Shown here: positions 50,284 through 64,000 of the stretch, piece after piece
Position numbering within the stretch: position 1 is the first letter of the stretch
How the letters are laid out: each line of letters starts with the position of its first letter
From: Microbotryum violaceum
Taxonomy: Eukaryota
Length of the DNA: 64,000 bases
Assembly: GCA_001244265.2 (NCBI GenBank)
Contig: CDLV01000007.1
Location: forward strand, 1,860,001-1,924,000
Direction: 5' to 3'
Notes under the pieces: generated by a model
What the model saw: only the letters and a program-made list of their open reading frames with translations
Told to the model about the DNA's origin: nothing
The model's database searches: none
Made by a program: the position numbers and the translations under genes

Positions 50284-53200
50284 TGTAAGAGTTACAACTC
50301 TTTGTATTTCCTTCTCACACCGTCTCACCCTTTCTCTGCCTTATTCTTTCTGTGATTTTTGGCCTTTCCCTTCACCCTGCTCTCCCATCTCTGGGCTGGG
50401 TCTGTGCACCTGCATCAAGCGCACGGACCAAGCCATGCTCTGCCTGGCTCCCTCTATCTTCAGGCTGGGTCCGTGCGCTTAACACTGGGGCACGGACCTG
50501 GTTGCGCACTACCCCAGCCAACTGGCTCCGCGCTTCTCTCTCTCCTGCTCAAGCAACTTCATTGGTCTGGTCTCCTTGGTCCGTTGATCAGAGACTCACC
50601 ACCGCTTGAGCAGGTGAGCACTACACTTCCTAGTACCTCTCTCACTTTGATAGCCAGGGTAACTTACTGTAGCATCTGAGCAGGTGTGTGCAAAGCAACT
50701 TCATTGGTCTGGTCTCCTTGGTCCGTTGATCAGAGACTCACCACCGCTTGAGCAGTTGTGTGCATCATAGGTTATAAGCCCCAACAAGCTACCAGCGCGG
50801 TCACCTCCGTGCCCGCCCTCGTCATTTTTTTTTCGCGCTTCGCACGGCTCAGCCCCTCCCACACTTCGCACGCCCGGCATGTCTGACTCCGACGTCCCCA
50901 AGCCCACAACGCTCACAGTTCCCCCACCGCGCCCGCCTACACAAATTACAGCCTTTGCTGCTTCGGACCTTCTGCGCGACGCAGATGGCTATCAGGACTG
51001 GGTTCTTACCCTATGCTCCCGCATGCCATCCGACGTAATCGATTATCTAAAGTCCGGCGTCCCTCCTACGTCCTGGCCACCCGCTTATGTACCTTTGTGG
51101 GACCATTACGCTCGAGCCTCGATCTGCGCTGCCGTCGACCCCCGTCTGGTCCTCCCCGGTCTCTCCCAGTACTTTGGCGACACTCACAGCGGTCACAAGA
51201 TTTGGGCAGCTCTGCGCACGCGATATGGCGCTGTCTCGGCTGTCGACCTTCTTCCCGTCATCTCTCGACTCTTCAGTCCCGACCTTATGCCCGATACCGC
51301 CGACGCATTCCTTCAGTTCCGCGACCGTTTCGAGAACGACTCCCGACTTCTAAACGACTCCAAAGTGACAACCGACTCCCTCCTAGCGTCGCACTTACTT
51401 GCTCGGATGCCTCCCTCCCTGTCTGCCTGGCGAACGACTTTTGTCAATTCTCAGGGTACATCCCGCACACTGCCCCACGCAGCCGAGATTCTCGACCGCA
51501 TCTACCGCAAGATCAAAGCTCGCCCCATTGACCCGCTCGCTGCCGCCACCGTCACCGCCACCTCGCCGCAACGCACCCCTCCCAGCCCCTGTCCCAACCC
51601 GACTTGCCGCAAGATGCACTGGCTCCGGGACTGTCCCGACACCACCTGGGCTGCCGCCTTTCGCGCCCGCAAGGCTGCCTCTGGCACGACATCGCGTGCT
51701 CACAAAAAGGGTTCCCGCACCGTCACCTCCCCTACCGACACCGAGAGGCCGGAGCCCACTACTTTCACTGCTTGTCTTCTCGCCACTCCGTCTGCCTTTC
51801 CCAAGTTGGCTTGGCTACTCGACTCTGGCGCCAATCGTCACATGGCAAATGACAGCACGTTGTTCTCCAGCCTCCGGCCGTTCACCGGCCCACACGTCGC
51901 TGGAGTCGCCGGTTCCCTCCCGTCTACCGGTTGCGGCTCCGTCCGCCTCTCGACTTCAGCCGGCCCAGTTGTCGCGACCGACGTCCTCTTGGTGCCTTCG
52001 CTGCCGTGCAACCTCCTGTCCGTCCGTCGCTTGGATCGCCTCGGCTTCACCGTCTCCTTCGGCTCAGGTCACGCCACGATCCGCAACTCTTCCGGCACAG
52101 TCGTTGCCACGGCACGAGCCATTGCAAATGATCTGTACGCGTTAAACGTCGCACCCTCAACCTGTATGCCCAATGCTCTGCTTGCCACCCCTCACAGAGT
52201 TTCCTTGCTAACTCTGCACCGTCGTCTCGCGCATCTACCCGTCGCGCAACTCAAGAACGTCGTGCAGAAGGGCTTGGTTACTGGGGTGGATTGGGTATAT
52301 TCAGAGGAGGAGTTCAGGAGTTTTCATTGCAATGCTTGTCTCGCTTCTAAAGCGCATGCCCTTCCTTTCGCACGTTCCAAGTCCATTGCACCTGGCCGGC
52401 TTGCCCTCATTCATGTGGATGTTGCCCAAATGCCCCGGGCCAGCTTCGGCGGCCATCGCTACATGCTGGTGATCGTTGATGACTACAGCCGTAAACAGTG
52501 GTGCCTCCTCCTCACTTACAAAAGTGATGTCTTCCACCGGCTACGCGACTGGATCCTCGAGGTAGAGAATGCCACAGGTGACCGGGTAAAGACCATCCGA
52601 TCTGACAATGGCGGCGAGTTCACTCTGCGGACCTTTGTCGATTTCTGTGTGGCTAAGGGTATACGTCGCGAGCTCACGATCCCGTACACCCCTCAACAAA
52701 ACGGACGTGTTGAACGCACCAACCGCACCATCAAAGAGGGTATACTTGCGTTACTCTATTCGGCCGGTGCTGACACGCGCCTCTGGGCCGAGGCCGCCAA
52801 GTACTTCGTGCACTGCAAGAACTTGTTGCCGCATGCGGGCATCCACGGCGAAGTACCTGACACTCGTTGGTATGGCATGGCACCGGACGTCTCCTCGTTA
52901 CGTACCTTCGGTTGCCGTGCTTGGCACTGCTCCCCTCGGTCAAGCGCACCGATCTCGATCCAAAGGCCGTGCCACTCATCTTTGTCGGGCTCGATGACCA
53001 CGCAAAGGCGTATCGCCTCTTTGACCCGGCCACGCGCAAAATCCTCCTCAGCCGGAACGTTGTCTTTCGTGAATCCGAGTTCCCTGCATTGCAACCTGCG
53101 GCCAACACCACCACTGGCGCGACTCCCCTGCCCGTGGCCGCCGAGGTTTACCCTGACCAGGTAGACCACTCTGAGCCATTGCTCGTTGCTTCCCCTCGCT

Positions 53201-56166
53201 CCCCGCGCCTCGCGCCGCGCCTCCTGGACCCGCGCCCGTTGCCTCTGACCAAGGCCTGCGCCGCCCCTCCCCAGGCCGTGCCGTCCCTGACCAGGACTCG
53301 CACGCGCCCCCTGCCTCTGACCAAGGCCCTTCTCCTGCCTCTGACCAAGGCTCTCCCACCGCCTCTGACCAAGGCAGCTCCGACTCGGCCATCTCCACGC
53401 CTTGCCCATCCCCTCGACCAGTGGTGCCACGTCCGTTGCCAGCGCCACCCTCGCCCGCTCGATCCGAGTCCCCGGACCCTATCGACCTCTTGCCGCGCTC
53501 GAGTGATCTCGCTTCCTTCTGTCTCGCACCCGAATTCCCTGACGATCTGGATGACGCTCTCCACTCCCCTCCACCCGTCGCCTACCTCGCCTCCGGCGCT
53601 GCCGCTCTGCTCAACAACGCGCCTCCGGACTCGACAGAGCTGATCGCACCCGCCGCGATCCCCCTCACTGGCGTGCTGCGATGGCAACCCCGCAAGCTGA
53701 CGAGTGGCGTCTCGCCGCCCAGGCCGAATTCGACTCACTCTCCCGCGATTTCTCTGCCTTCACACCAATTGATGAGTCCCTCGTGCCTGCAGATGCCAAG
53801 ATCCTCGGCTCGCGATTTGTCTTCCGCACGAAACGCGACCAGCACGGCCAGGTCAAGTCTTACAAAGGCCGACTGGTTGCTCGTGGTGACTCCCAGCGCT
53901 CGGGCATCGATTTCGACGAGACCTTCGCACCCGTCGCCAAGTTCACGTCTATTCGCGCACTCCTGGCCCTCGCAGCCGCGCACGGGTACCATGTCCATCA
54001 GGCAGACATTGACAAAGCCTACCTCCATGGCAAATTGGACAAACCACTCTACATTCGGGTGCCCGATGGTATCTATATGCCAGGCAAGGTTCTCCAGCTG
54101 CACCGCTCGCTCTACGGCTTGCGCCAAGCTGGACGCATTTGGAACGACGAGATCGACTCGGCCCTGTCGGCTCTCGGCTATGCTGCCACCGAGTCTGACC
54201 ACTGCGTTTACGTTCGGACGGCCGGTGATGAGCGCCACTACATCGCACTTTACGTCGATGACTTGCTCATGATCAGCCCTTCCCTCCCAGAGATCGAGCG
54301 TACTCTCCAGGGTCTCGAGCAGCGGTACGGTGTCAAACGACTCGGTGAGGCAGAGTACATCCTGGGTATCCAAATTCGGCGCTCCGACGATGGCTCCATC
54401 ACCCTCAGCCAGGAGCAGTACCTCAAGGACGTCCTCGCCCGCTTCGGTATGTCTGATGCCCACCCTGTCGCCACACCCATGCAGCCCGATCTCCGCCTCG
54501 AAGTCGAGCTCCAGCCCACCCCTTTCCCGGATCGCACTCGGTACTTGCAGGCGATTGGCTCCCTCATGTACGCTTCTACCGGCACACGTCCCGACCTGGC
54601 CTACACCGTCGGCTATCTGGCTCGCTTCTCTCGGGCACCATCCACCGCTGCCTGGGGCGCAATCAAGCACGCCTTCCGCTACGTCGCCGGTACTCTCTCT
54701 CATGGCTTACACTTCGCTCATGGCGCCTCGCCTCCCTTGGTCGGCTACTCGGACTGCAACTGGGGTGCATGCCTCTCCTCCTCCAAATCGACCATGGGTT
54801 ACAATTTTATCTATGCAGGCGCCGCCGTCTCTTGGTCCTCTCGCCTGCAGTCACGGGTTGCCGATTCTACTTGCGACGCTGAGTACCTAGGTCTGTCCCA
54901 TGCCGGCAAGGAGGCCATCTTTCTGCGTCAACTCTTTGGTGAGCTTGGGCTCTCCTCTTCAGAGCCTGTCCTCATTTACGGTGATAATCAGGGTGCCAAT
55001 GCTCTCACCAAGAATCCCGTCTTCCATGCTCGCACTCGGCACATTCGACTTCGGGAACACTTCGTTCGGGATATGGTCTCCCTGGGTGACATTGTCATCC
55101 AATACATCACCACCAGTGAGATGACGGCCGATATCTTCACCAAGGCCTTATCTCGCGACCTCTTTGCTCGATGTGACAAGTCCACTCTCAGCTCGGCAGA
55201 GGCGCCTCGGTCGGTGCGCACACACCGCTAGCCCGCCCCCTGCGCTGGGGACTTAGACGCGCGCGACTGACTCAGCGCGCCAGCGCCGGGTGGGTCCGTG
55301 CGCGTGCCCACTAGGCCGCCCCTTGCGGTGGGACTTAGGCGCGCGCGACTGCGTTAGCGCGCTAGCAACTTCACCCGCGACTGGGCCTATCCCAGCGCGG
55401 GTCCCCTTTCTATTTCTTAGCTTCCCTCTCACCACTTCTGTTCAACAATCGACCTCTCCTGACAGTAGTGGTGATTGTCTCATAGGTATGCTGAAATAGA
55501 CCACTTCTGTTCAACAATCGACCTCTCCTGACAGTAGTGGTGATTGTCTCATACTCGACACCGTGGCCGACTTGGTGTCTGTGCTCCCTGATGCTCGAAG
55601 TAGGGGGGTGTAAGAGTTACAACTCTTTGTATTTCCTTCTCACACCGTCTCACCCTTTCTCTGCCTTATTCTTTCTGTGATTTTTGGCCTTTCCCTTCAC
55701 CCTGCTCTCCCATCTCTGGGCTGGGTCTGTGCACCTGCATCAAGCGCACGGACCAAGCCATGCTCTGCCTGGCTCCCTCTATCTTCAGGCTGGGTCCGTG
55801 CGCTTAACACTGGGGCACGGACCTGGTTGCGCACTACCCCAGCCAACTGGCTCCGCGCTTCTCTCTCTCCTGCTCAAGCAACTTCATTGGTCTGGTCTCC
55901 TTGGTCCGTTGATCAGAGACTCACCACCGCTTGAGCAGGTGAGCACTACACTTCCTAGTACCTCTCTCACTTTGATAGCCAGGGTAACTTACTGTAGCAT
56001 CTGAGCAGGTGTGTGCAAAGCAACTTCATTGGTCTGGTCTCCTTGGTCCGTTGATCAGAGACTCACCACCGCTTGAGCAGGTGTGTGCAAAGCAACTTCA
56101 TTGGTCTGGTCTCCTTGGTCCGTTGATCAGAGACTCACCACCGCTTGAGCAGTTGTGTGCATCATA
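50284..56166 (+). mobile_element. Full-length Copia family C element (LTRs 50284-50769 and 55609-56166) with nested solo LTR-A 55172-55553
   Basis: PBS at 50770; gag-protease-integrase ORF 50879-53164 (WLLDSGAN, IRSDNGGEF); RT/RNase H 53681-55231; PPT before 55609. Confidence 0.95.
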
Positions 56167-59100
56167 ATAGGGTGCCGGCAACGTAGCGGAAGGCGTGCTT
56201 GATCGCACCCCAGGCAGCAGCAGACGGTGAACGAGAGAAGCGAGCCAGATATCCGACGGTGTAGGCGAGGTCGGGACGTGTACCGGTAGAAGCATACATA
56301 AGAGAGCCGATCGCTTGCAGGTACCGAGTTCGATCCGGGAATGGGGTGGGTTGGAGTTCGACTTCGAGGCGGAGATCGGGCTGCATGGGTGTAGCGACAG
56401 AGTGAGCATCGGACATACCGAAGCGAGCAAGAACGTCCTTGAGGTACTGCTCCTGACTGAGAGTGATGGAGCCGTCGTTGGAGCGCCGAATTTGGATGCC
56501 GAGGATGTATTCTGCCTGACCAAGTTGTTTGACGCCGTAACGCTGCTCGAGACCGTGGAGGGTACGCTCGATCTCTGGGAGAGAAGGGCTGATCATGAGC
56601 AAGTCGTCAACGTAGAGCGCAATATAGTGACGCTCATCACCGGCCGCCGAACGTAAACGCAGTGGTCCGACTCCGTGGCGGTGTAGCCGAGAGCCGACAA
56701 GGCAGAGTCGATCTCGTCGTTCCAAATACGTCCAGCCTGGCGCAAGCCGTAGAGAGAGCGGTGCAGCTGGAGAACCTTGCCCGGCATGTAGACTCCATCG
56801 GGTACGCGAATGTAGAGTGGCTTGTCCAATTTACCGTGGAGGTAGGCCTTGTCAATGTCGGCCTGATGAATGTGGTAACCATGGACGGCTGCGAGGGCGA
56901 GGAGTGAGCGAATGGATGTGAACTTAGCGACGGGTGCGAAGGTCTCTTCAAAATCGATGCCCGAGCGCTGAGAGTCGCCACGGGCAACAAGTCGGCCTTT
57001 GTAAGACTTGACCTGACCGTGCTGGTCGCGTTTCGTACGGAAGACGAATCGAGAGCCAAGGATCCTAGCATCTGCAGGCACGAGGGACTCATCAATTGGT
57101 GTGAAAGCGGAGAAATCGCGAGAAAGTGAGTCGAATTCGGCCTGGGCAGCGAGACGCCACTCGTCAGCTTGAGGGGTTGCCATGGCAGCACGCCAGTGAG
57201 GGGGATCCCGGGCGGGCGCGATCAGTTCCGTCGAGTCCGTAGGCGCGGTGTTGAGCAAGGCGACGGCGCCGGAGGCAAGGTGGGCAACAGGTGGAGGCGA
57301 GTGGAGGGCGTCGTCCAGGTCGTCGGGGAATTCAGGTGCGAGACAGACGGAAGCAATATCACCCGAGCGTGGCAAGAGGTCGATAGGGTCGGGGGACTCG
57401 GATCGAGCGGGCGAGGACGGCGCGGGCAACGGACGTGGCACCACCGGTCGAGGGGATGGACAAGGCGTGGAGATTGCCGAGTCGGAGCTGCCCTGGTCAG
57501 AGGCGTGGGTGGCGGGGGAGTACTGGTCAGGGAGGCCACCCGTACGGTTGATGATGTAAGAGTTACAACTCTTTGTATTTCCTTCTCACACCGTCTCACC
57601 CTTTCTCTGCCTTATTCTTTCTGTGATTTTTGGCCTTTCCCTTCACCCTGCTCTCCCATCTCTGGGCTGGGTCTGTGCACCTGCATCAAGCGCACGGACC
57701 AAGCCATGCTCTGCCTGGCTCCCTCTATCTTCAGGCTGGGTCCGTGCGCTTAACACTGGGGCACGGACCTGGTTGCGCACTACCCCAGCCAACTGGCTCC
57801 GCGCTTCTCTCTCTCCTGCTCAAGCAACTTCATTGGTCTGGTCTCCTTGGTCCGTTGATCAGAGACTCACCACCGCTTGAGCAGGTGAGCACTACACTTC
57901 CTAGTACCTCTCTCACTTTGATAGCCAGGGTAACTTACTGTAGCATCTGAGCAGGTGTGTGCAAAGCAACTTCATTGGTCTGGTCTCCTTGGTCCGTTGA
58001 TCAGAGACTCACCACCGCTTGAGCAGGTGTGTGCAAAGCAACTTCATTGGTCTGGTCTCCTTGGTCCGTTGATCAGAGACTCACCACCGCTTGAGCAGTT
58101 GTGTGCATCATAATAGGGTGCCGGCAACGTAGCGGAAGGCGTGCTTGATCGCACCCCAGGCAGCAGCAGACGGTGAACGAGAGAAGCGAGCCAGATATCC
58201 GACGGTGTAGGCGAGGTCGGGACGTGTACCGGTAGAAGCATACATAAGAGAGCCGATCGCTTGCAGGTACCGAGTTCGATCCGGGAATGGGGTGGGTTGG
58301 AGTTCGACTTCGAGGCGGAGATCGGGCTGCATGGGTGTAGCGACAGAGTGAGCATCGGACATACCGAAGCGAGCAAGAACGTCCTTGAGGTACTGCTCCT
58401 GACTGAGAGTGATGGAGCCGTCGTTGGAGCGCCGAATTTGGATGCCGAGGATGTATTCTGCCTGACCAAGTTGTTTGACGCCGTAACGCTGCTCGAGACC
58501 GTGGAGGGTACGCTCGATCTCTGGGAGAGAAGGGCTGATCATGAGCAAGTCGTCAACGTAGAGCGCAATATAGTGACGCTCATCACCGGCCGCCCGAACG
58601 TAAACGCAGTGGTCCGACTCCGTGGCGGTGTAGCCGAGAGCCGACAAGGCAGAGTCGATCTCGTCGTTCCAAATACGTCCAGCCTGGCGCAAGCCGTAGA
58701 GAGAGCGGTGCAGCTGGAGAACCTTGCCCGGCATGTAGACTCCATCGGGTACGCGAATGTAGAGTGGCTTGTCCAATTTACCGTGGAGGTAGGCCTTGTC
58801 AATGTCGGCCTGATGAATGTGGTAACCATGGACGGCTGCGAGGGCGAGGAGTGAGCGAATGGATGTGAACTTAGCGACGGGTGCGAAGGTCTCTTCAAAA
58901 TCGATGCCCGAGCGCTGAGAGTCGCCACGGGCAACAAGTCGGCCTTTGTAAGACTTGACCTGACCGTGCTGGTCGCGTTTCGTACGGAAGACGAATCGAG
59001 AGCCAAGGATCCTAGCATCTGCAGGCACGAGGGACTCATCAATTGGTGTGAAAGCGGAGAAATCGCGAGAAAGTGAGTCGAATTCGGCCTGGGCAGCGAG

Positions 59101-59501
59101 ACGCCACTCGTCAGCTTGAGGGGTTGCCATGGCAGCACGCCAGTGAGGGGGATCCCGGGCGGGCGCGATCAGTTCCGTCGAGTCCGTAGGCGCGGTGTTG
59201 AGCAAGGCGACGGCGCCGGAGGCAAGGTGGGCAACAGGTGGAGGCGAGTGGAGGGCGTCGTCCAGGTCGTCGGGGAATTCAGGTGCGAGACAGACGGAAG
59301 CAATATCACCCGAGCGTGGCAAGAGGTCGATAGGGTCGGGGGACTCGGATCGAGCGGGCGAGGACGGCGCGGGCAACGGACGTGGCACCACCGGTCGAGG
59401 GGATGGACAAGGCGTGGAGATTGCCGAGTCGGAGCTGCCCTGGTCAGAGGCGTGGGTGGCGGGGGAGTACTGGTCAGGGAGGCCACCCGTACGGTTGATG
59501 A

Positions 59502-62500
59502 TGTAAGAGTTACAACTCTTTGTATTTCCTTCTCACACCGTCTCACCCTTTCTCTGCCTTATTCTTTCTGTGATTTTTGGCCTTTCCCTTCACCCTGCTC
59601 TCCCATCTCTGGGCTGGGTCTGTGCACCTGCATCAAGCGCACGGACCAAGCCATGCTCTGCCTGGCTCCCTCTATCTTCAGGCTGGGTCCGTGCGCTTAA
59701 CACTGGGGCACGGACCTGGTTGCGCACTACCCCAGCCAACTGGCTCCGCGCTTCTCTCTCTCCTGCTCAAGCAACTTCATTGGTCTGGTCTCCTTGGTCC
59801 GTTGATCAGAGACTCACCACCGCTTGAGCAGGTGAGCACTACACTTCCTAGTACCTCTCTCACTTTGATAGCCAGGGTAACTTACTGTAGCATCTGAGCA
59901 GGTGTGTGCAAAGCAACTTCATTGGTCTGGTCTCCTTGGTCCGTTGATCAGAGACTCACCACCGCTTGAGCAGTTGTGTGCATCATAGGTTATAAGCCCC
60001 AACAAGCTACCAGCGCGGTCACCTCCGTGCCCGCCCTCGTCATTTTTTTTTCGCGCTTCGCACGGCTCAGCCCCTCCCACACTTCGCACGCCCGGCATGT
60101 CTGACTCCACGTCCCCAAGCCCACAACGCTCACAGTTCCCCCACCGCGCCCGCCTACACAAATTACAGCCTTTGCTGCTTCGGACCTTCTGCGCGACGCA
60201 GATGGCTATCAGGACTGGGTTCTTACCCTATGCTCCCGCATGCCATCCGACGTAATCGATTATCTAAAGTCCGGCGTCCCTCCTACGTCCTGGCCACCCG
60301 CTTATGTACCTTTGTGGGACCATTACGCTCGAGCCTCGATCTGCGCTGCCGTCGACCCCCGTCTGGTCCTCCCCGGTCTCTCCAGTACTTTGGCGACACT
60401 CACAGCGGTCACAAGATTTGGGCAGCTCTGCGCACGCGATATGGCGCTGTCTCGGCTGTCGACCTTCTTCCCGTCATCTCTCGACTCTTCAGTCCCGACC
60501 TTATGCCGATACCGCCGACGCATTCCTTCAGTTCCGCGACCGTTTCGAGAACGACTCCCGACTTCTAAACGACTCCAAAGTGACAACCGACTCCCTCCTA
60601 GCGTCGCACTTACTTGCTCGGATGCCTCCCTCCCTGTCTGCCTGGCGAACGACTTTTGTCAATTCTCAGGGTACATCCCGCACACTGCCCCACGCAGCCG
60701 AGATTCTCGACCGCATCTACCGCAAGATCAAAGCTCGCCCCATTGACCCGCTCGCTGCCGCCACCGTCACCGCCACCTCGCCGCAACGCACCCCTCCCAG
60801 CCCCTGTCCCAACCCGACTTGCCGCAAGATGCACTGGCTCCGGGACTGTCCCGACACCACCTGGGCTGCCGCCTTTCGCGCCCGCAAGGCTGCCTCTGGC
60901 ACGACATCGCGTGCTCACAAAAAGGGTTCCCGCACCGTCACCTCCCCTACCGACACCAAGAGGCCGGAGCCCACTACTTTCACTGCTTGTCTTCTCGCCA
61001 CTCCGTCTGCCTTTCCCAAGTTGGCTTGGCTACTCGACTCTGGCGCCAATCGTCACATGGCAAATGACAGCACGTTGTTCTCCAGCCTCCGGCCGTTCAC
61101 CGGCCCACACGTCGCTGGAGTCGCCGGTTCCCTCCCGTCTACCGGTTGCGGCTCCGTCCGCCTCTCGACTTCAGCCGGCCCAGTTGTCGCGACCGACGTC
61201 CTCTTGGTGCCTTCGCTGCCGTGCAACCTCCTGTCCGTCCGTCGCTTGGATCGCCTCGGCTTCACCGTCTCCTTCGGCTCAGGTCACGCCACGATCCGCA
61301 ACTCTTCCGGCACAGTCGTTGCCACGGCACGAGCCATTGCAAATGATCTGTACGCGTTAAACGTCGCACCCTCAACCTGTATGCCCAATGCTCTGCTTGC
61401 CACCCCTCACAGAGTTTCCTTGCTAACTCTGCACCGTCGTCTCGCGCATCTACCCGTCGCGCAACTCAAGAACGTCGTGCAGAAGGGCTTGGTTACTGGG
61501 GTGGATTGGGTATATTCAGAGGAGGAGTTCAGGAGTTTTCATTGCAATGCTTGTCTCGCTTCTAAAGCGCATGCCCTTCCTTTCGCACGTTCCAAGTCCA
61601 TTGCACCTGGCCGGCTTGCCCTCATTCATGTGGATGTTGCCCAAATGCCCCGGGCCAGCTTCGGCGGCCATCGCTACATGCTGGTGATCGTTGATGACTA
61701 CAGCCGTAAACAGTGGTGCCTCCTCCTCACTTACAAAAGTGATGTCTTCCACCGGCTACGCGACTGGATCCTCGAGGTAGAGAATGCCACAGGTGACCGG
61801 GTAAAGACCATCCGATCTGACAATGGCGGCGAGTTCACTCTGCGGACCTTTGTCGATTTCTGTGTGGCTAAGGGTATACGTCGCGAGCTCACGATCCCGT
61901 ACACCCCTCAACAAAACGGACGTGTTGAACGCACCAACCGCACCATCAAAGAGGGTATACTTGCGTTACTCTATTCGGCCGGTGCTGACACGCGCCTCTG
62001 GGCCGAGGCCGCCAAGTACTTCGTGCACTGCAAGAACTTGTTGCCGCATGCGGGCATCCACGGCGAAGTACCTGACACTCGTTGGTATGGCATGGCACCG
62101 GACGTCTCCTCGTTACGTACCTTCGGTTGCCGTGCTTGGCACTGCCTCCCCTCGGTCAAGCGCACCGATCTCGATCCAAAGGCCGTGCCACTCATCTTTG
62201 TCGGGCTCGATGACCACGCAAAGGCGTATCGCCTCTTTGACCCGGCCACGCGCAAAATCCTCCTCAGCCGGAACGTTGTCTTTCGTGAATCCGAGTTCCC
62301 TGCATTGCAACCTGCGGCCAACACCACCACTGGCGCGACTCCCCTGCCCGTGGCCGCCGAGGTTTACCCTGACCAGGTAGACCACTCTGAGCCATTGCTC
62401 GTTGCTTCCCCTCGCTCCCCGCGCCTCGCGCCGCGCCTCCTGGACCCGCGCCCGTTGCCTCTGACCAAGGCCTGCGCCGCCCCTCCCCAGGCCGTGCCGT

Positions 62501-64000
62501 CCCTGACCAGGACTCGCACGCGCCCCCTGCCTCTGACCAAGGCCCTTCTCCTGCCTCTGACCAAGGCTCTCCCACCGCCTCTGACCAAGGCAGCTCCGAC
62601 TCGGCCATCTCCACGCCTTGCCCATCCCCTCGACCAGTGGTGCCACGTCCGTTGCCAGCGCCACCCTCGCCCGCTCGATCCGAGTCCCCGGACCCTATCG
62701 ACCTCTTGCCGCGCTCGAGTGATCTCGCTTCCTTCTGTCTCGCACCCGAATTCCCTGACGATCTGGATGACGCTCTCCACTCCCCTCCACCCGTCGCCTA
62801 CCTCGCCTCCGGCGCTGCCGCTCTGCTCAACAACGCGCCTCCGGACTCACAGAGCTGATCGCACCCGCCCGCGATCCCCCTCACTGGCGTGCTGCGATGG
62901 CAACCCCGCAAGCTGACGAGTGGCGTCTCGCCGCCCAGGCCGAATTCGACTCACTCTCCCGCGATTTCTCTGCCTTCACACCAATTGATGAGTCCCTCGT
63001 GCCTGCAGATGCCAAGATCCTCGGCTCGCGATTTGTCTTCCGCACGAAACGCGACCAGCACGGCCAGGTCAAGTCTTACAAAGGCCGACTGGTTGCTCGT
63101 GGTGACTCCCAGCGCTCGGGCATCGATTTCGACGAGACCTTCGCACCCGTCGCCAAGTTCACGTCTATTCGCGCACTCCTGGCCCTCGCAGCCGCGCACG
63201 GGTACCATGTCCATCAGGCAGACATTGACAAAGCCTACCTCCATGGCAAATTGGACAAACCACTCTACATTCGGGTGCCCGATGGTATCTATATGCCAGG
63301 CAAGGTTCTCCAGCTGCACCGCTCGCTCTACGGCTTGCGCCAAGCTGGACGCATTTGGAACGACGAGATCGACTCGGCCCTGTCGGCTCTCGGCTATGCT
63401 GCCACCGAGTCTGACCACTGCGTTTACGTTCGGACGGCCGGTGATGAGCGCCACTACATCGCACTTTACGTCGATGACTTGCTCATGATCAGCCCTTCCC
63501 TCCCAGAGATCGAGCGTACTCTCCAGGGTCTCGAGCAGCGGTACGGTGTCAAACGACTCGGTGAGGCAGAGTACATCCTGGGTATCCAAATTCGGCGCTC
63601 CGACGATGGCTCCATCACCCTCAGCCAGGAGCAGTACCTCAAGGACGTCCTCGCCCGCTTCGGTATGTCTGATGCCCACCCTGTTGCCACACCCATGCAG
63701 CCCGATCTCCGCCTCGAAGTCGAGCTCCAGCCCACCCCTTTCCCGGATCGCACTCGGTACTTGCAGGCGATTGGCTCCCTCATGTACGCTTCTACCGGCA
63801 CACGTCCCGACCTGGCCTACACCGTCGGCTATCTGGCTCGCTTCTCTCGGGCACCATCCACCGCTGCCTGGGGCGCAATCAAGCACGCCTTCCGCTACGT
63901 CGCCGGTACTCTCTCTCATGGCTTACGCTTTGCTCATGGCGCCTCGCCTCCCTTGGTCGGCTACTCGGACTGCAACTGGGGCGCATGCCTCTCCTCCTCC
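59502..64000 (+). mobile_element. Next array copy of the family C element (5' LTR 59502-59987), running off the window
   Basis: Near-identical to 50284-54783; ORF 60304-62916 and RT from about 62897. Confidence 0.95.

Larger units (their letters stand above)
44246..64000. repeat. Higher-order tandem array, period 9,218 bp, containing a 1,947-bp sub-repeat (LTR-C plus inverted RT fragment)
   Basis: LTR-C starts at 46391, 48338, 50284 and again at 55609, 57555, 59502; solo LTR-A at 45954 and 55172; copies differ mostly by single-base indels. Confidence 0.95.

Noticed and set aside
59988-62900. Different ORF structure between array copies as functional variants
   Set aside because: Differences are scattered single-base deletions, often in short runs, consistent with long-read consensus error or neutral decay.

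Overview
Intron-rich fungal (basidiomycete-like, probably Pucciniomycotina) genomic DNA. Bases 1-11.2 kb hold four spliced host genes: an FAH-family hydrolase (FAHD1-like), a SIT4/PP6-associated SAPS protein, a probable Rrn6-like Pol I factor and SNU13. These are followed by a 3.9-kb CACTA/EnSpm-like TIR element with no recognisable transposase and a decayed tyrosine-recombinase remnant. From about 16.7 kb to the end the window is a gene-free nest of Ty1/Copia LTR retrotransposons (six LTR types, labelled here A, B, C, D, E and a TRIM), ending in a near-identical 9,218-bp higher-order tandem array. The most striking signal is shared by several LTR families. The 3' end of the LTR is a direct duplication that forms a 69-75-nt spliceosomal-type intron. 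In families A and B the acceptor AG is completed only by the first G of the primer-binding site, so only the 5' LTR can splice, and splicing restores an exact LTR-end/PBS junction. Intron-less copies sit beside intron-containing ones. The same elements mostly end TG...TA and carry a PBS of up to about 31 nt complementary to the 5' half of a Met(CAU) tRNA with a bacterial/organellar-like D-arm. All coordinates and alignments were read by eye, and splicing is predicted rather than demonstrated.
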